From Rhodanobacter sp. (GTDB taxonomy: Bacteria; Pseudomonadota; Gammaproteobacteria; Xanthomonadales; Rhodanobacteraceae), in assembly GCA_044464225.1 (NCBI GenBank), contig JBIQLN010000005.1, positions 31,659 to 95,658 on the forward strand: a stretch of DNA of 64,000 bases, read 5' to 3'. Shown in pieces: positions 1 through 9,444 of the stretch. Position numbers and translations under genes: made by a program. Within the stretch, counting starts at the first letter, position 1; each line of letters opens with the position of its first letter. Under the pieces are notes generated by a model. That model did not search any database, was not told where the DNA came from, and worked only from the letters and a program-made list of their open reading frames with translations.

Positions 1-193
1 CCACCCTTCGGGCCTGATCGTCCGGCCCCCACCGCAGCACAGGGGCCCCAAGGAAGCGTTGCTTCGATGACGGCCATCCTGGCCTCGTTCGAAGCGAGAC
101 CAAGCAGCCGACTTCGTCCCCCGCGCCCGCACGATGCGCGCTTGATGAGGCCCCTCGAACACGGCGGGCGGTCGACGGAAAAGTCCGAAGGAT

Positions 194-382
194 GGCGCAC
201 AGGAGGTGCGCCAGTTCGCCGCAGGCACAAGGGTGTGCCTTCGGCGAACCCCGGCGGCCGCGCGCGCATCCTGAGCACAGGGATGTGCTCAGGACGTGTT
301 CGCGGGGTGGCCTTCTCTTTGGTGACTTTCTCTTGGCCAAGCAAGAGAGAGAAAGTTACCCGCGCGCGCGGGAGGCGCGCGG
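194..382. repeat. Cluster of five consecutive stem-loops (REP/MITE-like structured non-coding element) 3' of rodA
   Basis: Inverted repeats read directly: ggcgcac/gtgcgcc 194-212, aggcaca/tgtgcct 223-240, cctgagcaca/tgtgctcagg 270-293, imperfect 40-nt palindrome ggtgactttctcttg..caagagagagaaagttacc 321-360, ccgcgcgc/gcgcgcgg 360-382. ORFs crossing it are Arg-rich and not protein-like. Confidence 0.5.
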
Positions 383-507
383 AACAGGACATGGATGTCG
401 AACGCAACTCGCAACAGCTTTGCAGGTACGCCCTCGCCCGGGTCCCGCCCCGGCCGGGGCGACGATCCGAATGTTTGCAGCGAAGAGACGCGCGTTTCGG
501 CGCCGCC

Positions 508-1632
508 TCAGGGCGTCCACTTCCGATGCGCGTGGATCGACATCACCACGCCAAAGCCGGTCAGCAGGGTGATGGCCGACGTGCCGCCATAGCTCACCAG
601 CGGCAGGGGCACGCCGACCACCGGCAGGAGGCCCGAGATCATGCCGCCGTTGACGATCACGTACACCATGAAGGCCAATCCGAACGATCCCGCGACGAGT
701 CGCGAATAGGTGTCGCGCGCATTGGCGGCGATCCAGAGGCAGCGGCCCACGATGAATGCGTACACCAGCAGCAGCACCAGCACGCCGACCAGGCCGAATT
801 CCTCGCCGAGTACCGCGAAGATGAAATCGGTGGTGTGTTCGGGCAGGAATTCCAGTTTCGATTGCGTGCCCTGGTTGAAGCCCTTGCCGAACACACCGCC
901 CGAGCCCACGGCGATCATCGACTGGATGATGTGCCAGCCGGTCCCGAGCGGGTCGTTCTCGGGGTGCAGGAAAGTCAATACGCGTTCGCGCTGGTAATCG
1001 TGCAGGAAGTGCCATGCCACCGGCGCGATCGCGGCGAGCGCCGCCAGCATCGCACCGATCTTCCACCATTGCAGGCCCGCGAGAAACAACACGAACATGC
1101 CCGACGCCGCGATCAGCAGGGCGGTGCCCAGATCGGGTTGCTTCACCACCAAGAGGGCGGGAATGCCGATCAGCACCCCGATCACGACGATGTCGCGCCA
1201 GCGCGGTGGCAGCGGACGCGGGTGCAGGTACCACGCCACCATCATCGGCATGGCCAGCTTCATGAGTTCCGATGGCTGGAAACGAACCACGCCCAGATCC
1301 AGCCAGCGGTCCGCGCCGCGGCCTTCGCCGAGCGCCATCAGCACGACCAGCAGGAAAACACCCAGCAAGTAGAACCAGGGCGTCCATGCGCGCAGCAGCG
1401 TCGGCGGGATTCGCGAAACGGCCAACAGCAGCAACCCGCCCGCGACGAAGCGCGCGGCTTGTCCCAGCACGGTCGATTGGTCGAGATTGCTGGCGCTGTA
1501 CAACACGGTGAGCCCGATCAGCGCCAACACGAGCAACCCGATGGCGAGTGGCAGGTCGATCCGCGGGCGCGAAAGGATGCGCCGTCCGATCCGGAGCACC
1601 CGTCCGCTGAAGCTGGTGACCAGTGCGTTCAT
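508..1632 (-). CDS. rodA: Rod shape-determining SEDS protein RodA (peptidoglycan glycosyltransferase)
   Basis: Track ORF 508..1968 trimmed to the ATG at 1632 (MNALVTSF...), which makes a 4-nt ATGA overlap with the mrdA stop. Polytopic membrane protein with SEDS-type motifs (QSKLEFLPEHTTDFIFAVLGEEFG, LPVVGVPLPLVSYGGTS). Sits directly after mrdA. Confidence 0.9.
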   Translation of the reverse strand: MNALVTSFSGRVLRIGRRILSRPRIDLPLAIGLLVLALIGLTVLYSASNLDQSTVLGQAARFVAGGLLLLAVSRIPPTLLRAWTPWFYLLGVFLLVVLMALGEGRGADRWLDLGVVRFQPSELMKLAMPMMVAWYLHPRPLPPRWRDIVVIGVLIGIPALLVVKQPDLGTALLIAASGMFVLFLAGLQWWKIGAMLAALAAIAPVAWHFLHDYQRERVLTFLHPENDPLGTGWHIIQSMIAVGSGGVFGKGFNQGTQSKLEFLPEHTTDFIFAVLGEEFGLVGVLVLLLVYAFIVGRCLWIAANARDTYSRLVAGSFGLAFMVYVIVNGGMISGLLPVVGVPLPLVSYGGTSAITLLTGFGVVMSIHAHRKWTP

Positions 1633-3548
1633 GGCGTGGTCGGCGCCTGCGCACCGGATCGGGAGGCGACCGAGGGCGCGGTGACCGGCGGACGTTCGGA
1701 AGGCGGCGTGTCCGCCAGCCACTGGTCGAGTATCTTGCGCGCGATCGGCGCCGCGGCGCTGCCGCCCCAGGCACCGTGTTCCAGCACCACCGCGATGGCG
1801 ATTTGCGGGTGTTCCGCGGGCGTGTAGCACATGAACCACGCGCGGTGCCGTGAAGCGAGGTAGGCGAGATCCTTGTTGTTGTTGTAGGCGTTGCTGGTGC
1901 GCGAATAGCGTTCGGCGGTACCGGTCTTGCCGGCGATCAGGTAGGGAAAGCCCTTGCCCAGGCCCCACGCCGTCCCCTGCGGGGTATTGACCACCCCGAG
2001 CATGCCCTCACGGACCGCAGCCAGATCCGCGGGGTCGTGCGTGATCTGCACCGGCGCCGGTTGCGGATAGGGCACCTCCGGTGCATTCAGGCCGTCGCTG
2101 GTAGCGGTCAGCAGGTGCGGTACGTGCGAAAGGCCGCCGCCGGCCATCGATGCGAGCGCATGCGCAAGCTGCAGCGGGGTCACCATCCAGTAACCCTGGC
2201 CGATGCCGGAGATCACGGTCTCGCCCGGGTACCACGGCTGGTTCATCGTCTTGCGTTTCCATTCCGGCGACGGCAATACGCCGCCGGTTTCGTCGGGCAG
2301 GTCGATGCCGGTGGGACTGCCGAATCCGAATTTGGCCATCCATTCATCGAATCGCTTGATGCCCATCTGGTAGGCGAGCGAATAGAAGTAAGTGTTCACC
2401 GAACGGGTGATGGCCTGCATCAGGTTCACGCGGCCGGCGCCGTAGCGCGTGTCGTCGCGGTAGCCGCGCGAAGAGCCCGGAATGTAGTAGGTGCCGGTCG
2501 ACATCACCGTGTCGGTGGCCTTGCGCAGACCGAGTTCCAGGCCGCCGAGGCCGAGGAACGGCTTGACGGTGGAGCCGGGCGGATAGCCGCCGCGCATCGC
2601 GCGATTGAGCAACGGCTTCTCCGGGTCCTCCAGCAACGCCGAGTAGTCGGCCTGGCTGATGCCATTGACGAACAAATTGGCGTCGAAACTCGGCACCGTC
2701 ACCATCGCCAGCACGTTGCCGTTGCGCGGGTCGATGGCGACGGCGGCACCGGTCTGGCCGTCGAGCGCGGCGATGGCGGCCCGCTGCAGGCGCTCGTCGA
2801 TCGTGAGGTAGAGGTTCTTGCCGGGTTTGGCGGGGACGCGCTGCAACACGCGGAGCGGGCGCTGGTTGGCATTCACCTCGACCAGTTCGTAACCGGGCGT
2901 GCCGTGCAGCAGTTTCTCGTATTCCTTTTCGAGGCCGGTCTTGCCGACGTGGGTGGTGCCGGCGTAAAGATCGGGGTCGAGCCTGGCCTGTTCCTTTTCG
3001 TCGATGCGGCCCACGTAACCCACCACGTGCGCGAATTCGGCGCCGTAGGGATAGTTGCGCGTCAGGTAAGGGTCGACACTGACGCCGGGGAATTGCCACT
3101 GGTTCACCGCGAAACGATCGCGCTCGCTTTCGGTGAGCCGGAACTTCAGCGGCACCTGGTCGAACGCGCGGTGTTGCTTCAGGCTCTGCTTGAAGCGATC
3201 GATGTCGTCGTCGGTCAACGGCACGACCGTCGACAGCCGTTGCAGCATCGCATCCATGTGCTTGACCTTGTCCGGCACGACGTCCAGCCGGAACGCGGGC
3301 ACGTTGTCGGCCAGCAGCCTGCCGGTACGGTCGTAGATCAAGCCGCGCGGCGGTGGCAGGTGCTTCAGCCGAACACGGTTGGCCTTGGCACGCGTCGAAT
3401 ACTCGGTGTGTTCGAACACCTGCAGGTACACGAAGCGGCCGGCCACGCCCAGCAGCATCACCAGCATGATCGCGAAACCCGCCAGCGCACGGCGCCCGAA
3501 ACGCGCGCGCTTGGCCCGTTCGTCCGGCAGCTCGCCGCGGCCGTTCAT
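1629..3548 (-). CDS. mrdA: Penicillin-binding protein 2 (elongasome transpeptidase)
   Basis: 639-aa ORF with an N-terminal TM anchor and transpeptidase motifs STVK (SxxK), SVN (SxN) and KTGT. 4-nt overlaps with mreD and rodA. Confidence 0.92.
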   Translation of the reverse strand: MNGRGELPDERAKRARFGRRALAGFAIMLVMLLGVAGRFVYLQVFEHTEYSTRAKANRVRLKHLPPPRGLIYDRTGRLLADNVPAFRLDVVPDKVKHMDAMLQRLSTVVPLTDDDIDRFKQSLKQHRAFDQVPLKFRLTESERDRFAVNQWQFPGVSVDPYLTRNYPYGAEFAHVVGYVGRIDEKEQARLDPDLYAGTTHVGKTGLEKEYEKLLHGTPGYELVEVNANQRPLRVLQRVPAKPGKNLYLTIDERLQRAAIAALDGQTGAAVAIDPRNGNVLAMVTVPSFDANLFVNGISQADYSALLEDPEKPLLNRAMRGGYPPGSTVKPFLGLGGLELGLRKATDTVMSTGTYYIPGSSRGYRDDTRYGAGRVNLMQAITRSVNTYFYSLAYQMGIKRFDEWMAKFGFGSPTGIDLPDETGGVLPSPEWKRKTMNQPWYPGETVISGIGQGYWMVTPLQLAHALASMAGGGLSHVPHLLTATSDGLNAPEVPYPQPAPVQITHDPADLAAVREGMLGVVNTPQGTAWGLGKGFPYLIAGKTGTAERYSRTSNAYNNNKDLAYLASRHRAWFMCYTPAEHPQIAIAVVLEHGAWGGSAAAPIARKILDQWLADTPPSERPPVTAPSVASRSGAQAPTTP

Positions 3549-4054
3549 GCCGTCTTGGCGCCCCGGGCGCCCTTGCCGCGCAGCCGCGTGTTCACGTCAT
3601 CCAGCAACAGGAACACGAACGGCCATACCAATGCGCCCACCGCGGGTGCGGCCCACGACAGCGCCGGCATCGCCGAGTCGCCCGCGAAGGCGCGGATCAG
3701 TGCCTGCAGCACGTGATTGTTGAGCAGCAACAACCACACCGCGAGCGCCTGCTGCCACATCGGGAAAAAGCGCAGGCGCGACCGGAAGCGCAGCACGATG
3801 AATACCAGCACCGCCAATCGCAGTGCCTGGTCACCAAGCAGCGCGCCGTTCAGAAGATCGGCCGCAAGGCCCACTCCGAACGCGAGGCCGACGCTCACGC
3901 GGTCCGCCGCTTCCAGTGACCAGTAGATCAATACCAGGGCGGGCCAGTAAGGCTTCAGCGGCTGGATCAACTCGGGCAGCGGCACCAGCATCAGCACCAG
4001 CGCCACGGCAATGCCGATCCAGAACGCCCAGCCCTGTGCGCGCATGCGGTTCAT
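3545..4054 (-). CDS. mreD: Rod shape-determining protein MreD
   Basis: 169-aa multi-TM ORF whose ends overlap mreC and mrdA by 4 nt, at the canonical mreBCD position. Confidence 0.85.
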   Translation of the reverse strand: MNRMRAQGWAFWIGIAVALVLMLVPLPELIQPLKPYWPALVLIYWSLEAADRVSVGLAFGVGLAADLLNGALLGDQALRLAVLVFIVLRFRSRLRFFPMWQQALAVWLLLLNNHVLQALIRAFAGDSAMPALSWAAPAVGALVWPFVFLLLDDVNTRLRGKGARGAKTA

Positions 4055-5001
4055 CGTGCCGCCCCCGCCGCATGCTTGGCGCTGGAGGCGGCACGGTTCT
4101 CGTGTGCCAGTGATGCCGGCGGCCCCACTTCGGGTGCCGGCGCAGGCGGTCCGATCGGCTCGGGCTGGTCGCGCAGCAGCAGTACCTCGCCGCTGCGCTG
4201 GAGCTCCGCGGCGGGCTTCACCAGCGCCTCCATGAACATGCCGGACGCGTCGCGCTTCAATTGCGAGACGGTGCCGACTGGAAACCCCGCGGGAAAACGC
4301 CCGCCCAGGCCGGAGGTCACCAGTCGGTCGCCCGCCTTCACGTCGGACGACAGCGGCAGGTTGGGCACCACCAGTTGGCTGGTGTCGCCGGTGCCGTGCG
4401 CGATGCCGCGCAACCCGGTGCGCGAGATCGTCACCGGGACCGCATGGTCGGGGTCGATCACCAGCATCGCCACTGAGGCGTGCGGCAGGATCTCGACGAT
4501 CTGCCCCATCACGCCGTGCGAATCGATCACGGCCTGGCCCACGTGCACGCCTTCGTCGGCGCCCACGTTCAACATCACCCGGTCCCGCGTCGGGCCAAGC
4601 TGCACGTCGATCAACCGCGCCAGTTGCGCGTGCATGCCCAGCAACTGTTGGGTGTCGAGCAACTGCTTCAGGCGTTCGTTTTGATGGGTGACGGCATCCA
4701 TGCGGTTGAGCCGCGCCTCGGCCAGCAGCAGCGCCTCGCGCAACTGCCGGTTTTCGTCGATCAGCTTGCCGCGTTGCGCGAACGCGGTGCTCGCCTGGTG
4801 CACCCAGTCGGCCGGGGCCGCGGCGATCTTGTAGATCGGCACGATCGCGGCCGCCGTGGCGTATCGCGCGCGGTGCAGCCAGCCGTTGCGATGGTCCAGC
4901 ACCATCAGCACTGCGGCCAGCGCGAGGTACGCGATCAGGCGCAGCGTGCCGGCCGTCGCATCCGAGAAGATCGGAGTGGATTCCTTTTGCGGAAGCGCCA
5001 T
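4051..5001 (-). CDS. mreC: Rod shape-determining protein MreC
   Basis: 316 aa with an N-terminal TM segment (LRLIAYLALAAVLMVL), a coiled-coil region, a beta-rich periplasmic core and a Pro/Ala-rich tail. Lies between mreB and mreD. Confidence 0.9.
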   Translation of the reverse strand: MALPQKESTPIFSDATAGTLRLIAYLALAAVLMVLDHRNGWLHRARYATAAAIVPIYKIAAAPADWVHQASTAFAQRGKLIDENRQLREALLLAEARLNRMDAVTHQNERLKQLLDTQQLLGMHAQLARLIDVQLGPTRDRVMLNVGADEGVHVGQAVIDSHGVMGQIVEILPHASVAMLVIDPDHAVPVTISRTGLRGIAHGTGDTSQLVVPNLPLSSDVKAGDRLVTSGLGGRFPAGFPVGTVSQLKRDASGMFMEALVKPAAELQRSGEVLLLRDQPEPIGPPAPAPEVGPPASLAHENRAASSAKHAAGAAR

Positions 5002-5247
5002 GGCGGTGGGGCGGGTCTAGCGGAGTTACAGCGTAACAACAAAAGAAGGGGAATCATGGCCCTGCGTCCCGATTCCGCGGGCCGTGCGTCACGGAACCAT
5101 CGACGGCCCCGTCTTTCCCGTTCAAGGGTGAACGGGAGAGGGATGTACGGCCCCGTGTGCGGATGCCCCTTGCGCGGGTCCATGCGTCTCGCAGTCGCGG
5201 AAGAGAGCCTGCTCGCTCCCGTGTTGCCCCGAGTTCCGATTGCGGGC

Positions 5248-6324
<1,077 letters not shown>

Positions 6325-6489
6325 TCAGGCAGGGGAAACAGCGGGCCAGTCTAGGTAACATCCCGCCAACCTGCAAGGTACTGCGTCGCTGTTTGTTGCG
6401 GAATTTTGGTGCCGGCGCGGCGCGGGTGGGTCCGCGTCGGGTCGAATCCCGGGGGCGATCCGGTTAGCATCGGCGGTTCCGCCTGCGAC

Positions 6490-7443
6490 ATGAGGAATGC
6501 ACCGATGCCGGCTGCGCTGATTTGCGGCTCCATGGCGTACGACACGATCATGGTGTTCGAGGACCGCTTCAAGAACCACATCCTGCCGGACAAGGTGCAC
6601 ATGTTGAACGTGTCGTTCCTGGTCCCGCGGATGCGCCGCGAATTCGGCGGTTGCGCCGGCAACATTGCCTACAATCTCAAGCTGCTCGGTGGAGAGCCCA
6701 TCCCGATGGCGACAGTCGGGCAGGACTTCGCGCCGTACCGCGAGTGGTTCGCGGGGCTGGATATCCGCCTGGACCAGATTCGGGAAATGCCGGATACGTT
6801 CACGGCGCAGGCTTTCATCACCACCGACCAGGACAACAACCAGATCACCGCCTTCCATCCGGGGGCGATGATGCAGAGCCACCAGAACCACGTCGCCGAG
6901 GCCGGCGACGCCGCGCTCGGCATCGTGGCGCCGGACGGTCGCGAGGGCATGCTCCAGCACGCCGACGAATTCGCGGCGAAGGGCATTCCCTTCATCTTCG
7001 ATCCCGGCCAGGCGATGCCGCTGTTCTCGGGCGAGGAGTTCCGCGCCTTCATCGACAAGGCCAGCTACGTGGCGGTGAACAGCTACGAAGCCAGCTTGCT
7101 GTCCGAACGCACCGGCTGGTCCGAGGCCGATATTGCCGGGCGCGTCGAAGCCTACATCGTGACCCACGGTGCGGATGGCTCGGTGATCCACGCGGACGGC
7201 GCGGTTCACGAAATTCCCGCGGCAAAGCCGCGCGCGGTGGTCGACCCCACGGGTTGCGGCGACGCGTATCGGGCCGGCTTGATCCACGGGATACTGCGGG
7301 GACTGGACTGGCCGAACGTGGGCCGGGTGGCGTCACTGCTGGGCGCACTGAAGATCGCCCACCCCGGCACCCAGAACCATGCCTTCGATGCGGCGGAGTT
7401 CGCGGCCGAGTTCAGGGCGCAGTTTTCTTGCGATCTTCCCTGA
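6490..7443 (+). CDS. PfkB-family carbohydrate/nucleoside kinase (adenosine-kinase-like)
   Basis: Track ORF 6406..7443 trimmed to the ATG at 6490 (MRNAPMPAALICGSMAYD). N-terminal GG motif (GGCAGNIAYNL) and C-terminal PfkB signature DPTGCGDAYRAG. Confidence 0.8.
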   Translation: MRNAPMPAALICGSMAYDTIMVFEDRFKNHILPDKVHMLNVSFLVPRMRREFGGCAGNIAYNLKLLGGEPIPMATVGQDFAPYREWFAGLDIRLDQIREMPDTFTAQAFITTDQDNNQITAFHPGAMMQSHQNHVAEAGDAALGIVAPDGREGMLQHADEFAAKGIPFIFDPGQAMPLFSGEEFRAFIDKASYVAVNSYEASLLSERTGWSEADIAGRVEAYIVTHGADGSVIHADGAVHEIPAAKPRAVVDPTGCGDAYRAGLIHGILRGLDWPNVGRVASLLGALKIAHPGTQNHAFDAAEFAAEFRAQFSCDLP

Positions 7444-7567
7444 CCGCCGTGTCGGCGAATGGCCAGGTTGCTGCACCTGAACGGGTGTTTCGCAAGCATC
7501 TGGCGCCGTTCAGGATGGCAGGCAACAATGTCCGGCAATCCGTCCGCACGATCCCAAGGAGGCCGTC

Positions 7568-8011
7568 ATGCATGTCGCACGCAACCTCGTTCTCGCCGCG
7601 CTGCTGGTCGGCACGCCACTGATCGTCGCCGGCAACGCGCACGCCGCCGGTGGCGAAATAACCTGCAGGATGAGTTTTGAAATCCACGGCTGGTCGGCGT
7701 TCTACAAGACGTCCAGCGGCACCGGCAGCGTCACCTGCAGCAACGGCCAGCACATGACCGTGCACCTGCGGAGCAAGGGGGGTGGCCTGACCTTCGGCAA
7801 ATCCAGCATCGAAGGCATCGGCAAGTTCTCCGGCATTTTCAACATCGACGAGATCCTTGGCACCTACGTGGTGGGCGAAGCGCATGCGGGCGCCGCCGCT
7901 TCCTCGCGCGCCACCGTGATGACCAAGGGCAACGTCTCGCTGGCCTTGAGCGGGACCGGGAAGGGCTGGAACCTGGGCGTGGATTTCGGAAAGTTCACCA
8001 TCAGCAGGTAG
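7568..8011 (+). CDS. Small secreted beta-rich hypothetical protein
   Basis: AAGGAGG Shine-Dalgarno 5 nt upstream of the ATG. Signal peptide MHVARNLVLAALLVGTPLIVAGNAHA|AGG. The mature ~120 aa are Gly/Ser/Thr-rich with two Cys. No family recognised. Confidence 0.6.
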   Translation: MHVARNLVLAALLVGTPLIVAGNAHAAGGEITCRMSFEIHGWSAFYKTSSGTGSVTCSNGQHMTVHLRSKGGGLTFGKSSIEGIGKFSGIFNIDEILGTYVVGEAHAGAAASSRATVMTKGNVSLALSGTGKGWNLGVDFGKFTISR

Positions 8012-8063
8012 TGGGCGGGCGGATCAACCTGTCCCCTGCCCGTTGCGCCGCACCTTGCCACAA

Positions 8064-8093
8064 AAACAAACCCCGCCGAAGCGGGGTTTGTTC
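8064..8093. terminator. Bidirectional intrinsic terminator between convergent genes
   Basis: Perfect 12-bp stem aacaaaccccgc / gcggggtttgtt with loop cgaa. A-rich on one side and T-rich on the other, so it can act on both strands. Confidence 0.7.
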
Positions 8094-8117
8094 ATCGACA
8101 AGGGGATGGATTTCGCG

Positions 8118-8960
8118 TCACGCGTGGCGGCGCCGCACCAGCCAGCCGAGTGCCAGCAGCCCGAGCACCAGCATCCCCAGCGTACCGGGTTCCGGCACCC
8201 CGACGGGCGGCACCACGCTGCCATTGCGGACCTGGAACAGGAACTGTCCCGCCACGCCGTCGTTGGTGCCGGCGACCAGTGAATTCGGACCGCCGTCCAG
8301 CAGGGCGCCATTGATCAGCGAACCGGCCAGCATGGCGTAAGTGCCCGCGGGGTTGCCCGACTGGCCGGCGTTGTAGCCGACGGCCGCGGAGGTGCCACCC
8401 AGTCCGCCCGCACCGCCGCTGGCACCGCCCGTTTCCCACTGGATCTGGTCGTAGTTGAAGTAGAAGTCGAAGTTGCCCACGCCAGTGTCGGAGCGGTCGA
8501 CCATGATCAGCTGGAACGTGTTCAGCTTGTCGGTGTGGGAGCTGTAATAGCCGACGCCCGGCCAGGTGACGCCGAACGCGGTGTGGCCGGCATAGCTGCC
8601 GTTGCCGTAGCTGGTCAGGCCGCTGCCTGCGCCCCGCGTGTCCACGTCGCCGAAGAACGGCGCAATGATCGGCTGGCCGCTGTAGCTGCTGCCCAGGCCG
8701 AACGGCGTGAAGGTGCTTTGCGGGGCATTGAACGTCACGTTGCCGTTGTTGTTGACGTACAGGTTGGAGTAGTCCGTGCCATAGAAGTTGATGGTGAAGG
8801 GCAGGCTGACCAGACCCGTGGAGCCATCGTCATTGGCGGCAAGCGTGTTCGCGTCGAATCCGGAAGCCACGGTCGTGGCCTGGGCCATGCCGGCCGCGAG
8901 CGCGCCGCCGAGGAGAACCATCGCCGCCAGTGCGCATCGAATTTTCAATCGGGAAATCAT
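8118..8960 (-). CDS. PEP-CTERM-anchored secreted protein with nidogen-like (NIDO) domain
   Basis: Track ORF 8118..9698 trimmed to the ATG at 8960 (MISRLKIRCALAAMVLLGGALAAGMAQA signal peptide, AGGAGG upstream). The body matches the NIDO pattern (FYGTDYSNLYVNNNGNVTF, APFFGDVDTR, FGVTWPGVGYY). C-terminus VPEPGTLGMLVLGLLALGWLVRRRHA is PEP motif, TM helix and Arg cluster. Confidence 0.8.
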   Translation of the reverse strand: MISRLKIRCALAAMVLLGGALAAGMAQATTVASGFDANTLAANDDGSTGLVSLPFTINFYGTDYSNLYVNNNGNVTFNAPQSTFTPFGLGSSYSGQPIIAPFFGDVDTRGAGSGLTSYGNGSYAGHTAFGVTWPGVGYYSSHTDKLNTFQLIMVDRSDTGVGNFDFYFNYDQIQWETGGASGGAGGLGGTSAAVGYNAGQSGNPAGTYAMLAGSLINGALLDGGPNSLVAGTNDGVAGQFLFQVRNGSVVPPVGVPEPGTLGMLVLGLLALGWLVRRRHA

Positions 8961-9018
8961 CTTCGGTGTCCTCCTGTGGAGTGTGAATCGCATCCATTCC
9001 CCTTGTGACACCGCAGTT

Positions 9019-9034
9019 AGCACAAACCATGCCG
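9019..9034 (-). promoter_or_regulatory. Candidate sigma-54 (-24/-12) promoter for the PEP-CTERM gene
   Basis: Minus strand reads cGGCATGgtttgTGCt, against consensus TGGCACG-N4-TTGCW. GG and GC have the correct spacing, and the element lies about 58 nt upstream of the ATG at 8960. Confidence 0.3.
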
Positions 9035-9341
9035 GGGAGGACAAGCCTTGAATTTCATTGACTTGCGAGAATTCCCAAGGCGCGCAATCCCCGGAAACGT
9101 AAAGGTTCTCGACGCTGGATCGAGGCCCGGACGCAAGCCTGGCAACCAGCGCCCAGCGCTGTCCATGAGGGGTAACCTCTGGACCCCGCCACCGCACCGC
9201 GGAGCCGCGCGGGTATCGAACGCGGCCCGCGCGCCGGTGTGGGGTGTCTCCCTTGGCAAGCGTCGCGCCCCCGGTGTTCCGCGCCGACTCGACTGCCACG
9301 CGCGGTGGGAGCGCGTCGCGCGCCGTCTCGGGCTTCCGGCG

Positions 9342-9433
9342 AATTCCCCGGCCGGTGGCCGGCCGGGGAAATCCGGAGAACGGCGTGTTCTCGGGGAGCG
9401 CGTTCGACCGTCGCGACGGGCGGTCCGTCGCGG
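9342..9433 (-). terminator. Three consecutive GC-rich stem-loops downstream of the DUF885 gene
   Basis: aattccccggccgg/ccggccggggaaat (9342-9371, 13-14 bp stem), gagaac/gttctc (9375-9391), cgcgacgg/ccgtcgcg (about 9405-9433). All lie within 100 nt 3' of the stop at 9445. No U-tract. Confidence 0.4.
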
Positions 9434-9444
9434 GGCCGCCTCGC

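Noticed and set aside
192-572. 126-aa ORF covering the stem-loop cluster at the window start
   Set aside because: The reading frame is a by-product of palindromic repeats. Composition is Arg-rich, and there is no SD or domain.
6440-6475. tRNA T-arm-like string (gtcgggtcgaatcccgggg) in the mreB/pfkB divergent region, a possible tRNA remnant or att site
   Set aside because: The stem and loop do not fit a 5-bp stem with a 7-nt TTCRANN loop. No acceptor, anticodon or D-arm can be folded around it.
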